Positions 24,833-38,338 are shown, numbered from the stretch's first letter. The stretch: DNA of 64,000 bases from Eledone cirrhosa (GCA_964016885.1 OZ024743.1:201562001-201626000); one strand, 5' to 3'. Notes: generated by a model not told the origin, from the sequence alone. Translations and numbers: made by a program.

Positions 24833-25497
24833 TCAAAAGTAAAAGAGTTTCATGTCATGATCTTTTTGGTATACCAACCCATAATTTGGAAACTAGTTGA
24901 CAATCAAGATTGGAAAGATAACAAGGAATTTTTTTTTTAAGAATGTACTTTATAAAAGCAATGAGGATGAATCCCAGATTCTATTCAAATTATTAATAAA
25001 TATTATTAAATTCAATATAGCAATGAAGATATAACATGGAGAAAGGCAAGGACATATGTTTCATTAAGCGAATTATTTGAATTGAAGTGTTTCAAATATA
25101 TATACATGTGTGTGAAAGAGATAGATAGATAGATAGATAGATAAAGAGTGTGGGTGTGTTTGTGTATGTGTGAGAGAGAGAGTGAGAACTAGATGGAATG
25201 TGGATGTGAGAGAAAGAGGTAGATGGAGTGTGTGTATGAGCTAGATAGAGAGATAGAGTGAGAGTGAGAGAGAGAGAGATATAGAGGGCTAGATTGGGAG
25301 TGTGGGTGTTTGTGTGTATTCTTTCACTATCCCAGAAGAATATCTCAGAAAACAACAAAACTTTACAAGAATCTATTTCCCTTATGTTAGTAGCAAATAT
25401 TTTCAGTTCTATCTTTAACACATTTGAATCCTAACAAATTGTTTCCATCTAAATTTGTAAAAGAATAACAATATTATTTCTTTCTCAATTTCCTGTT

Positions 25498-25621
<124 letters not shown>

Positions 25622-25637
25622 GAGAGAGAGATGTGTA

Positions 25638-25681
<44 letters not shown>

Positions 25682-26513
25682 ATCATATCTTTCAGGTGAA
25701 AAATAAAGTAGAAGAAAATAAAGTAAAACAGAGAAAAACTGTTGAATTTATGCTTCAGTTTTCTCAAAGTAACAGGCCTGAGATAAGTAGAAACCTGTGT
25801 GGAGAGCTGCAACTTTGCAACAGGTTTCAACTATCAGACCGACTACAAGCCTTATTCATTGTCTCATTAATTAATTTTTGATATTTGCTGTTGTTTTGTT
25901 GGTAGGTTGTTTTTAACCCACTAAAGAAAAACAAAGACAATAAAAAAAAACCCATAAATATTTGACATTTGAATTATTTTATCAGGAAAAAGAAATTTTA
26001 TGTAGTTTATCAGTGTCTGTTATTCCTGAATGTTGATTTTGAAATTCTTGCCAATCTTCTTTTATTGAATTATCGGGTGATTGTTCATAACCCTAACAAC
26101 TAGGCTTCCGAAAAAAAAAAAAAAAAATTAATAAAAAAATTGTCTGATTATATCATGTCAGTATACACTTGTCATCACCTCGTCGAAGTGATGATTAACA
26201 AAAGAAAACGAAAACAAAAGAAGAAGATGTATAATTGTTGTGACATATATTTGTGTCCTCCCCACATGTATCTTTTATTGCATTCCCATAGAACTTATAC
26301 ATTCCATGAGGCCCTGCACTTGTGCATCATTACCACAGACATCTTCAATTGTGGTACAATTTTATGGCAAGAAGCATGCTGTGTTATCTTTGCTTAAAAA
26401 ACAAAAACCATAACGACAAAGAACATAAAATAAATCAATGGAAATTAAAATTATATATGTGTTTGTGTGAGTATGTATGTGTGTATGTATATATAAGTGT
26501 ATGTGTGAGTGTA

Positions 26514-26581
<68 letters not shown>

Positions 26582-26638
26582 CATATATACACATATATAT
26601 ACATACATACATGTATATATACACACATATATATACAT

Positions 26639-26686
<48 letters not shown>

Positions 26687-27643
26687 TCACACATTCACAA
26701 ACATATCAGCCCTTCTTTTCAAATAAAAATATACATAAAATTCTGTGTATAATCTTCGATGGCCAATATGGTTTCACAAATATTCCTTCTTTTCTTATTT
26801 TATTTGTTAACATACCAAATTAATTCCAATGATATGCATTTTTCTGAACAAAGTCTGATATCAGCTTCTATGGGTGGTCAAAGAACCTCCAAGAAAAAGT
26901 AGATATGGACAAAAAAATCAAAACACTGCACTTATATAATGTGAGGAATTTTCAAATCCCCCAACTTTATGTAGCTTTCTTTTTACTTGTTTTAGCTTTA
27001 ATGTTTGAAAATAGTTTATGTTAAGTTTATATACTTTTAAAATATTCAAATTATTTTACTTATTTCATTATTGTTATTTTTGCTGTTATTATTGTTATTT
27101 TGGTATTTTTTTATTTTGTATATTCTATTTTTTTAACATTTTTAAGGGCTGACTTGGGAATGTGAAAGTTGGTTAATAATACAGAGTTGTTTTTAATTAA
27201 TGACCCAAATTTTGATAAGACCTTATGTTGCCAAATCAACATGTATGTATAGCAAGAGCTATGCATATTCATGCTTGTGTGTAGTATTTTCACATACAGA
27301 GAACAAAGCAAGACAGAAACACTTATAGAGGTATGCTGTTAAACATGTCTTAATTGATATGCAGATGTAAGCAAACAGCAGTTAAAAGATTAGTGAAGCT
27401 TGTTACAAAACATACATTCTGATGCATTTCACTGACATATAAACACGGATATATGTCCATATAGTGAATTGCTGCCAGTTATACAATCAAAGAAATTCTT
27501 AGGTAAACATTGATAAATCCTTAAATACACAAACACCAAAACAAACTCACATACGCACATGAACATATATGCATATTGACATATAGATGTACAAGAAAAT
27601 TTGTTATGCGTATATACTTATGCATGCATATGAACATAAATCC

Positions 27644-27712
<69 letters not shown>

Positions 27713-28402
27713 ATTTCAGTGAGATCGAATTTCGGCAGTGGTTGAAAACAAAGCAAAACGCAATATCCGAGTTATGTATGTACCCTTGCAAGCAGGGAAA
27801 AGCGGACGTAAAATGATGATGATGATGATATACACATTGTGTGTGTATATATATATATATATATACATATGATGAGTGCACCACAATTTCAAGAATTGCC
27901 ATTACTTTATCCTTTTCTCACACATGAGTGACATGAACATGATATATCTGATGATTTCTAACACCAGCTTTAGGCATACTCCCTAAACACAAAGTTATTT
28001 TGAGCAGTTAAAAACACAGGTAAAGTAATATTGTGTAGACCCCTCTTTAAATTTTCATGCTCCACACACGTTTTCTTTTTTTTTCAAATTCGTGTTTTGT
28101 TTTGAACACTCTTTTCCTCCAAGATTATCAACCTAACCTAATGCAATGACTCCTCTTCCATATATATATTTGACTTCGTTCCTACTTACTTGTATTTATA
28201 CTATGCACATTACAGCTGCCTTAACCCTGGAATACATTGAAGTACAAACCCCACACTAGATGGAACCTCACAACAGCATTGAGTGATTTAACCGATGAAC
28301 TATCTGTAACTATAGTTACACACATATATACCATTATACTATGTATATATGTATATATACACATACATACACACACACACATACACACACACACACACAC
28401 AG

Positions 28403-28450
<48 letters not shown>

Positions 28451-28456
28451 GTATAA

Positions 28457-28843
28457 TGGAGGCACATGGCTTAGTCGTTAGAGCATTGGCCTTGCAATTG
28501 AAAGGTTGTGAGTTCAATTCTCAAACAGGGTGATGTGTTGTTTCCTTGAGCAAGACACTTTATTTCACATTGCTCCAGTTTACTCAGCTGTAGAAATGAG
28601 ATGATAGGACTGGGGTCCCTAACATTCCACTGGAAAGTGGTCGTGGAGGTGCCACAGCAAAAAGCACCCAGCAAACACTGTAAAGTGGACGTGTAGGTTC
28701 CACGAAAAAAAAAGCACCCAGCACTCACGGTAAATGAGGTTGGTGTTAGGAAGGGCATCCAGCTGTAGAAATCAAGCCAGAATCAGTTCCCGTCCCACCA
28801 TTGCAAGCAAGGAAAAGCGGGCGTAAAATGATGATGATGATGA
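28457..28843 (+). mobile_element. SINE family A
   Basis: Full head, core and tail with (GAT)n. Confidence 0.9.
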
Positions 28844-29330
28844 TATATACATACATACACACATATACATATATATATATTCATACAAAAATGTACATTT
28901 TCCTCAATTTGCAAAATTGAGGAAAATGTACTCAATAAAAAAGTTCCTTTTTATTACAATATTGAGATTATTCCCTTTTCCTACAGTAAGTTTTGTTTCC
29001 TACTGATCACACAAAATAATATATATTTATATAGGAAGAAAAGAAAAGAGTTATTTATCAGATTAGGACAAGTTTCCATTTGCGTTTCCATTGCTGATAC
29101 TATCTCTTGGCATAAGAAAGTGGGACTTAAACTCAGGATATCTTATATATATATATATAATCGTAAGTCCAACACCCTTACCTTATATATTATATATATA
29201 CTCCTTTATCGTGTTACTCTGGAATGTGAGGGCACTGGTGAAACTCCAAGACTCATAATTAGCCATAATAAAGGAATATTTAAACTTTATTTCATATTGA
29301 GTACTTTTGTCTCTCATCTGTCAACTACAT

Positions 29331-29392
<62 letters not shown>

Positions 29393-31055
29393 TTGAAAAC
29401 AATTGTTCGAGTGCAAACAAAAAGAAAGTTAATTTTCGTTTAATATCATAATTCATATTCTTATTTTTATGATGCCATATGTAACTGGAAAAACGTATAT
29501 CAGCAATGTCAAGGTGAGTGCTAAATGTTTATCTATATTGAAATAACCTTATTTTGAATAAATTCGCAGTTTTGCAAGTCCAATTTACATTTAATCCAAT
29601 GATTTTAGACATTGTATTCATTTTCACAGAAGCACAGTAAACGATTCCTTTATATATACATTTATGCTTGAATGGACGTTCATTGCACATGCACAATTGC
29701 CAAATTGTAAATCTTCTATAGACAAGGAAGCATATTCATGAAACATTGTCCAAAATTGGTTGTGGGAGCTTGGAATATTTTTATAAAATTTTATTAACTT
29801 TTAGTAATATTTTTATTTATGAGGAAATGTTTTTGCCATAGATCACAAAAAGAGGTCATTTTCTTTAAATATTTAACATCTAGTCTATGAATTCTAAGCT
29901 CCCAACCCCATCTGCCCACAGCATTAAATATTTATATATTATATATTATTTGTATAAACACTATGTTGTAATACATAATTATAATAATTGTTTCTAATTT
30001 TGGCGCAAGGCCAGCAATTATCCCAGTGTATTACTGGTACTTTATTTTATCGACCCCGTAAGGATGAAAGGCAAAGTTAACCTTGGTGGGATTTGAACTC
30101 AGTTCATAAAGGGCCGTAACTCTATGCTGCAAAGCATGGGGTCCGACCCTCTACTGATACTGCCAAACAAAGCTCTAACAGATGCAGCTTTGCTAGAAAT
30201 TACATATTTTAACTAGATGGTTCAATATATTTTTGTAGTGTTTGGACAGCTGATAAAAATTGTACAGTGAATGCATATAATATCAGGCTTTCCAAACAGG
30301 GATAATTTTTGGAAGTATGTACGCTGTAACTTATATCAAAACAGTTGACTTAAGATTAATGTCAACTGTAAAATGTTTAAGTTGAATTCTTTGAAATAAT
30401 TATGAAATTTTCTCAAATTTCTTAGTTCATTGTATATTTGTATTTCTCAGGATAAGAATCTCTATAAATACCGTGGAGAATATATGGACACTTGCTGTCT
30501 GGGATATACAATACCACAATATCACTTCAACCAAAACATTCAAAGCTAACAATGAAAGGAATTTTTAATATTTTTTAATGGACGTCCTAGTGTATAATAA
30601 TTATTAAACTCAGACGTAATAATAGGTGAGAAGTTATTGGGCAAAATTCAGAGAATCTCGTAGTAAGTGTTTGAAAGCGAATGTGTCTAAATTTTTTCTG
30701 TCAAATTATGTTGAGAATAAAATCATGTAATGAGATAATTTAAATTATTATATAAGGAAAATGGAATGCTAATTAAATTGTGGGAATTATAATAATAATG
30801 TAATTTGATGATAATACTTCTAAACTAATGAGTGTAGAATTGTTTAAAAAATTGGCTTCATGTTCATTAAATATGATGTACAAGCTTTATACTCCAAGAG
30901 ATTTCATTTTATTTTCTAATTCTCAATCAGCTGCTCTTAGTTTTGCTTCTACATTGTTAACATGTATATAGACCTCTACCTGCTATTTCAAGCATTAACC
31001 TAATATATTCCTTCCATATACTGTACCGATTGTGTTGTTATTTCTGTTTACCTTT

Positions 31056-31130
<75 letters not shown>

Positions 31131-31559
31131 ATATATGTATATATATATATAGCTCTTGACTCAATGAATAGGGATGCTCTGTAGACCATTCTTAGAAAGG
31201 TAGGATGCCCTTTGGATTTTGTCAGAATATTAAAAACCTTCACAGTGCTATGATAGGGAGGTTTAACTTCAATATTTTTCTCTCTACACCTACAGCCAAC
31301 GACATTGGTGCCAAATAAGAGGGCATCCCAGTGCAAACTCTGTTCTCCATCTTCTTTGCTATGGCTCTCACAAATGTTTTTCAGCATTGCAATGTCAGTG
31401 TGTATCTGTGTTTCATAACCACAGTTAATGTTTTTAATTTCACATGCTTTAGGGCTAAATCAAAGATGTTCCAATCTGTCATATGAAAGTTACTCTATGC
31501 AGATCTTATTGCTCATCCCAAAGAGTACTTGCAGGGTACCATGGACCTGTTTTCTGAGT

Positions 31560-31875
31560 CATGCACTGCCTTCAGATTTAACATCAACATGGAAAAGATC
31601 AAGGTCATGTATAACATCTCCTTGGCTGTTCGACACTGCCGCCTGTCTTAGTGAACTTCTTTGGGAATTCATTGCACTCCATGATCTTCCTTATTTGTTG
31701 TCCAGTGAAGACACTAGCTTTTACTTTTGCCTCAGATGGCTTAGGGAAGAAGTCTCGAAGGTACTGGAAGGCTGCTGACTCCTTATCTAGAACTGTGACA
31801 AACTGTTTCATAAGGCTCAATTTTAAATGAAGTGGTGGGGACAATTCCTTCTGGGGATCAACCAGTGGCTGTCCA
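31560..31875 (-). mobile_element. Chapaev3-like (CMC) DNA transposase relic
   Basis: PLVDPQKELSPPLHLKLSLMKQFVTVLDK...FPKPSEAKVKASVFTGQQIRK resembles the LPPLHIKLGLMKQFV motif (family assignment from recall). Confidence 0.6.
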
Positions 31876-32249
31876 AGTCACAAAAGCAAAGGGTATAGAT
31901 ATATAGTGGAAGAGACAGATTCTCCCAGGATGATATTTCACAGGATAATCCTATACATAATCAAGACAGTGTCAATGAAGCATAGTAGTTTAACTTATTA
32001 GATATAGTAGTGATATTTCTCTTCGACTGCATTCTACCATCTTAAAATAAAAAGCAAGAATACTTAGAACTATATTAAACCATGATATATAAATAAAGAG
32101 ATTGATCATAACTAGAATAGCTGTAATCATGTTTGCCTGCTCAGAGCTGAACTAGGGCTAAACAACACAAACAATAAGACATGTTTTCCAGTGTGTTAAA
32201 AGAAGTTATATTATAGTTAAATATAGAAATATATTCTTTTACTGTTTAG

Positions 32250-32296
32250 ATGAGGAGGGAAAGGCTGTGCCCATAACACTGTTTTGGGGCTTCTGA
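32250..32296 (+). other. Candidate terminal coding exon of an unidentified host gene
   Basis: Polypyrimidine tract plus TTTAG acceptor; (G)AT-EEGKAVPITLFWGF-TGA, followed by ~1.2 kb of repeat-poor, UTR-like sequence. Confidence 0.3.
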
Positions 32297-33929
32297 GACT
32301 GATGAAATGGAAAAAGAGAGAAAGTTATCCTCAAACTGGAAATCTGGTCTGAATGCTGGACACTGTTAAAGACATCCAAGGGTCAGGTGACAGTGTTAAA
32401 CGAGATGATGAATTAAGTCTACCAGCCATTCAGAAAACCAGCCATTTAAAAAAAACAAAAACATTATATACAGAGTCAAAAGATGAGTTAATAGTCTGCT
32501 TTACGCATACTAACATAAGGAATGTTTTGAATATGACAGTAAATTTTCTGGTCATTAATTTCTAAAATCAACAGCAATTATTACCATTTCCTTAGAGCAA
32601 AATCATCAACTCATTTCCCAAAGCCGAAAAAAAAAAAAAAAATGAAGAGGATGAAAATGAAAACATACAAAAAAAAAGAAGAGAGAAGATGTTACCCCTA
32701 TTCACCAGAAAAAGCAAACAAACATGAGAAATCATTTATTTTAGCTTTTATTTCAGAAGAGTTATCACTTTTTACCAACAAAAACAATAAAAATAATGGA
32801 CATTCCCTCTACAAAAGTAAAATATAAAGGAAAAAGAAACATTTTTTTTTATCTCCGCATTTGAGAAAGCAATCAGATATTTTCATCAGCAAGACAGCCA
32901 TTTTAATTGAAATTTATAATTGTCAAATTTTTTCATTTGTTTATTGTTATTATTGCTATTATTATCATTAGTGTTATTGTTATTAGTATTATCATTATTT
33001 CAATTTAAATCCCCAGAAGTTCTAAAAATCTTTGTGAGTGTGTGTTAACATTCTGTATTCCTTGTAATTTTTATTTATTTTATTTTATTATGAATTTTTT
33101 CCATGTCAGCAGATATAATATAATTACTAGTGAAGCCTAGACAAACACTAGTACTATCTAAAATATATGCAGCACTGAAGCAGCAACCATTTGAAAACTG
33201 TTTGTCATGGCTTGGAGAAAAGGAAAAAAAATCACATCTTGAGACATTATCATCTCATTTAGACAACTAGCATCATTAAAATTCACTCTCCACACACACA
33301 CACACACACAGAAGATAGAAGAAAAAGATCAAAAGCAAAAAAAAAAGAAAAAAAAGAAAGAAAATAAGCAGCACATACAGATATATAATTATATAATCAA
33401 GATAAGATAATCCATATTTTGGTAAATGAAGACAATACATTTAAAAGTGGATTGTGTTTTTATAGTTAAATGGGGAAGTTAGGTATGAGATTATATTAAT
33501 AGATTTCATCAGCATGTTATAGTCACCTTGATTGGCTAGAGATAGGAAGTGATCAACAAGGTAAGTAAAGGAGTCAATTGTCAGATCTAACCAAGAAAAC
33601 GATGCTTGCATTGCTTATACTGTTTGCTGGACACATCACCTAGCAGAAGGAAATGGAACTTAAAGACTCTTCAGTTGTGTCAAAGATATGACAACCTAAA
33701 TAGTGCTGGTGCCACAAAAAATTCCCTATGTAAGCAAGATGTAGGTCTCTGAACCATCCAAGATGTCAGTAGCTCTTATTGAGTACCGACTTGATCTGTG
33801 AAGACCCATCTAATGATTGCTAGTGATGCCCTTTGCCTAGTACATTTTTTTATGTGAATGAAAGAAAATCTAGACTTCAGTTGGATTTGAACTCAGAGTG
33901 CATTCTTCTTAGTACCTTTCTAAATTGGT

Positions 33930-34600
33930 TAGCTAATTCATCTCCAGGGGTTGCATCCACACTGGTATCTCTGGTTGTCATACCATGAAGTGGCTTTCCC
34001 TGTCTTATGTTTAGTCCTATCTAAGCTATTCCATGATTTGCTCCTGTACAATGGGCAAATCCCTTTCATGTCCATTTCTATGAGGGTCTTATACTTCTCT
34101 GTGGCTCCTTTGTATACCCTGATTCTGTCTCTTTGGTTGTAGCCAGAGAACTGCATGTGATTGATGAAGTGTTGTATGTGTCTTTCAATTTCAGTTGGAT
34201 CATACATGTGGGACACATTCTTCTTCACTCTTACCAAGTCTGTGATCAGAATATTAAACTTAGCAATACTGGACATCGCTGAGATTTTGTGTATAAGGTA
34301 TTTGGAGGCCATGGGTTTAGCATAATGTGAGTGGAGAATTTTGATTTTCTTATTTATAGTGTTTAATACTGGTGTCTAATACTGGTGGTCTATTGTTAGA
34401 ATGTTTAGAAGGGTAGTTGATAGTTACTGTTATGCTCTGGTGTATGGAATTAGCTACCTGCTGGATGTTCTCCATTGTGTTAGTTTCTAATTTGGGTTTA
34501 TTGATACTCCCTTGTGGGGGTGTTTTTATTACTATATTGATATCATCTACGTAATGAGAGTACATGACTAGGGCTGTGGAGTTCTCTGAGACTCCTTTCC
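33930..34600 (-). mobile_element. Penelope-like element reverse transcriptase relic
   Basis: YSHYVDDINIV, PVLD, HYAKPMASKYLIH and FINHMQFSGY motifs of a PLE RT palm/thumb; frameshifted. Confidence 0.7.
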
Positions 34601-34868
34601 TACCATACCATAAATAGGTTGGCAATATCGCCAGCTTTGCTGACGACAATGGCTGCTCCCTCATCCTGGGTGTAAATTTTCTCATTAAATTTAAACATTT
34701 GGCCCTTTAAGGTTGTTTTGATATATATATATAGATATAAGTAAGTGACATAGTCACTAGTTTAAAACTGATAGCGAATGGTCTTCTAAATGTTTTTAAT
34801 TAAACATATGGTATATTGCCAATGTATACATACATTTATGTATACATCGCTCTTTCAGAGCACCAATA

Positions 34869-34956
<88 letters not shown>

Positions 34957-35129
34957 CATCATCATCGATGATGATATATATATATATATATGTAAGCAAA
35001 AGGGATATTTAATTTGTTGGTAATTCAACAAATATATATGTTTATAACTGATTCGAAGCACTCGACAGAAAAACTTGAACCGTTAAGATCTTCTTCCTGG
35101 ATATGTCAATATATATAAGAATAACTTTG

Positions 35130-35190
35130 TATTTTATCTGATGAGAGCGTACCAAAGTTTTGGCACCCTTGAAATATATATAATAGAATA
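35130..35190 (+). ncRNA. Minimal type-I hammerhead ribozyme (H1, third copy) within element ~34990-35238
   Basis: TATTTTAT-CTGATGA(35138-44)-gagcgtaccaaa gt tttggcaccctt-GAAA(35171-74)-TATATA-TA|-ATAGAATA. Stem I retained with one G-U pair. Confidence 0.8.
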
Positions 35191-35240
35191 AATATCGTTT
35201 CATAAATATAGTTTCCATTTATTTATGTCATTGATATATA

Positions 35241-38200
35241 TCATCATCATCATCATCATCAACGTTTAACGTCCGTGTTCCACGCTTGCATGGGTTTGGA
35301 CGGGGGTAGTCCCACTTGAGGCAAGAGTGATTGTCTTGCTCGCATAGGACTGTCTGGCAGGTTTTCTACAGTTGGATGCCCTTCCTAACACCAACCACAT
35401 TTACAGTGTGGGTCTGGGAGGTTTTTACCGTGTTGCCTACACGGCCACATTACAGCGTGGACTGTGTGTTTTTTTGTCGTGACACCTACACGATCTCATT
35501 TGTTTCGGCCTCGATGGCGCGGCACCAACATAACTTTACATAGAACGGGGTGGTGTGGATCGGGTGGGGGTGGTGGGACGGGGTGTATTTTGTTAAGAGA
35601 TGCCTACTGGCTGGAGTAGGTTTTACTATATATTTAGGTAAGGCGGGTCTTCTCTGTTACTGAGTACCGCCAAAGGTCTCGGTCCAGTGACATTGTCTTG
35701 GAGAGGTGTAAGTGTGTGATGTCGGAGTTTATCAGCTCGACCCAGGTTTTTCTAGGTCTGCCTATTCCGTGACTACCGTCTATCTTTATTGCCCTGCACT
35801 TTGTTATACAGCTATCGACTTTCATGCGCATCACGTGTCCATACCAACGTAGCCTTCTCTCGAGTAAACAACATCTGATCCCTCTTATCTCTAATTTATT
35901 CCTTAGTTCGTTTATGCTTTGCCGTTCACGTATATTACTGTTACACATCCAGCGGAGCATGCAAGCTTCGTTCCTCTCTAGTCTGCGTATATCCTCTGCA
36001 CACAATGCCCAGGTCTCACTGCCATGCAGCATTGCTGTTCGTATGCAGGCATCGTACAACCTGCCTTTCATTTTTAGTGAGAACCCTTTAGCAGCTAATA
36101 GTGGTATAAGCTCTCTGAACTTTTTCCAACCAGTTCTGACTCTAGCTACAGTACTTTCAGAGCACCCTCCCCCACTGCTGATTTTATCGCCCAGGTAACG
36201 GAAGCTGTCCACTATTTCTATAGAACCCTCTGCGCAATTGAAAGAGCTAGTAGTTTGTGGGCACTTGCTGCTACTTATTGCACCAGAGCACCGGCCACAT
36301 GTAAAATCTATGTTCTTAGTTAGCCTACCTGTGATCCCACTACATCTTTTATGCACCCATACTTTGCATTTAGGACATAAAATGGAGTTTCTACCTACGC
36401 CTTTCCTACACACCGAGCACGACCATTTCCCAGAAGGGACCGCCGCCTTGTTTTCTTTCCTACAAACTAGTACTTTGGTCTTAGCCAGGTTAATTTTAAG
36501 TCCTTTTGACTCTAGGCCGTGCTTCCATGTTTGGAATTTCTTCTCTAGCTCGGCCATTGATTCCGCTATGAGTGTCAGGTCGTCTGCGTATAGGAGTTCC
36601 CATGGGCAGCCTGTCTTGAACTCCTCTGTTATGGCCTGAAGGGCAATAATAAATAGTAGTGGACTGAGAACAGAGCCCTGATGGACGCCGACTTTTACGC
36701 TAAACTCTTCACTATATTCGTTGTTAATTCTAACCTTGCTGACTGTTTCTTTATACATGGCTTGTATAGCCCTCACAAGCCATTCGTCAACGCCTAGTTT
36801 TCTAAGAGCCCAGCAGATAATGGAGCGGGGGACTCTGTCGAAGGCTTTCTCCAAGTCGACAAAAGCTAAGTAGAGGGGTTTACCTTTAGCTAGGTACTTC
36901 TCTTGTAGTTGTCGTACTATGAAAAGAGCGTCTGTGGTACTTTTGCCTGACACAAACCCGAACTGCATTTCATCTAGGTCAATTCTCTCTCTGATTAGTT
37001 GCGCTATTACTCTTTCCGTGACCTTCATGACCTGGTCGATTAATTTAATGCCTCTATAGTTACTCCTATCTAGGGCGTCTCCTTTACCCTTATAACAGTT
37101 AACGATGATGCTGCTATGCCAGTCCTTCGGAACAACCCCGTTCTGTACGACTTGGTTAACTATGCGGGTGACCATGGTGTGTCCCACCGTGCCAGATGCC
37201 TTCAGCATCTCAGCAACTATTTCCGAAGGCCCAGCCGCCTTACCAGTCTTCATATCCTTGATTGCCTTACTTATTATACTCCCCTCGACTAACACTGCTG
37301 GTCCCTCTATTGGGTCGATATGGGGGAGACTGCCTTTCTCCCAATTATTCTCCTCATTTAGAAGCCTTTCATAGTGACACTTCCAAGCTACCTTCTTATC
37401 AGCGTCGGTGATGGCAAGTGTGCCATCGTCGTTTAGTACACACTTCTCCCCGACAATATCACGGTTTTCCTTGACGCATTGCCTAGCAATCCTGAACACC
37501 TCACGTTTTTGGTCATCGCGTTGTAGAACATGCTTGAACTTTCTTTCCTCAGCTTCCCTTCTTGCTAAGTACACTTGTCTCCTAGCTTCCCTCCTGGCCA
37601 CTTGATAGTCCTCTCTACTTCCCCCATCCCGCCATACTTTCCAAGCCTGCTTTTTGGCCTTAATTGACCCCTCCACCTTACTGTTCCACCACCATGTTAC
37701 TCTCCTCCTGCCTACAGGCCTGCTCCAGCCACAGACCTCGTCTGTCGCCAACAGCAGGTTTGCTTTCAGAAATTCCCACTCTCCCTCTATATTGTCCGAC
37801 TCTAAATGTTCTTCCTTACTGTCGAAAGCATCAAGTAATATGCTTTGAAATTTATTCCTGGCTGTGGGGTCCTTTAGCTTCCATATTTTCCTCCTGAGGA
37901 TAGTCCTCTTCTGTTGTCGAGTACGTCTCGTCCTGACTATGAGGTCGCTAATTATCAGTCTATGTTGGGAGGTGCATTCTTCATGGGGGAGGGATTTAGT
38001 GTTAACAACAGACACTCTGTCACGTCTTCTGGTAAGGATATAATCTACCTGGCTTGTGTGTTCCCCGGATCTATAGGTGATCAGGTGATTGTCACGTTTT
38101 TTGAAGTTAGTGTTACAGATAGTTAGGTTATTTGCATCACAGAATTCCAGGATTCTGGAGCCTTCCTCATTTCTAGTACCAAACCCATAGCCTCCATGGA

Positions 38201-38336
38201 TTTCGTCGTAGCCGTCACAATGTTGTCCAACGTGACCATTTAGGTCGCCTGCGATAATTATATAGTCACTGTCGGATATTTGGGAGGTAGTTAGCATCAG
38301 TGTCTCATAGAATCTGTCTTTTATAGTGCCGGGCAG

Positions 38337-38338
<2 letters not shown>
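35241..38338 (-). mobile_element. RTE-clade LINE, 5'-truncated within the endonuclease, young
   Basis: Uninterrupted ORF plus ~390-bp 3' UTR ending in (GAT)n. The 5' end abuts (TA)n. Confidence 0.95.
35634..38297 (-). CDS. RTE LINE polyprotein (partial APE, RT, PHD-like Cys finger), 887 aa open frame
   Basis: AGDLNGHVG, SQVDYIL, SQHR, NYRGIKL, QFGF, FVDLEKAFD, HQGSVLSP, LYADD, CSVC...CPKC..WVHKRC...CGRC, RLRWYGHV. The N-terminus is truncated, so the ATG is not the native start. Confidence 0.9.
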   Translation of the reverse strand: MLTTSQISDSDYIIIAGDLNGHVGQHCDGYDEIHGGYGFGTRNEEGSRILEFCDANNLTICNTNFKKRDNHLITYRSGEHTSQVDYILTRRRDRVSVVNTKSLPHEECTSQHRLIISDLIVRTRRTRQQKRTILRRKIWKLKDPTARNKFQSILLDAFDSKEEHLESDNIEGEWEFLKANLLLATDEVCGWSRPVGRRRVTWWWNSKVEGSIKAKKQAWKVWRDGGSREDYQVARREARRQVYLARREAEERKFKHVLQRDDQKREVFRIARQCVKENRDIVGEKCVLNDDGTLAITDADKKVAWKCHYERLLNEENNWEKGSLPHIDPIEGPAVLVEGSIISKAIKDMKTGKAAGPSEIVAEMLKASGTVGHTMVTRIVNQVVQNGVVPKDWHSSIIVNCYKGKGDALDRSNYRGIKLIDQVMKVTERVIAQLIRERIDLDEMQFGFVSGKSTTDALFIVRQLQEKYLAKGKPLYLAFVDLEKAFDRVPRSIICWALRKLGVDEWLVRAIQAMYKETVSKVRINNEYSEEFSVKVGVHQGSVLSPLLFIIALQAITEEFKTGCPWELLYADDLTLIAESMAELEKKFQTWKHGLESKGLKINLAKTKVLVCRKENKAAVPSGKWSCSVCRKGVGRNSILCPKCKVWVHKRCSGITGRLTKNIDFTCGRCSGAISSSKCPQTTSSFNCAEGSIEIVDSFRYLGDKISSGGGCSESTVARVRTGWKKFRELIPLLAAKGFSLKMKGRLYDACIRTAMLHGSETWALCAEDIRRLERNEACMLRWMCNSNIRERQSINELRNKLEIRGIRCCLLERRLRWYGHVMRMKVDSCITKCRAIKIDGSHGIGRPRKTWVELINSDITHLHLSKTMSLDRDLWRYSVTEKTRLT

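Noticed and set aside
32299-32315. CTGATGA-AATG-GAAA hammerhead-like core
   Set aside because: No stem II, stem III or stem I; chance match. The same applies to CTGATGA at ~1877.
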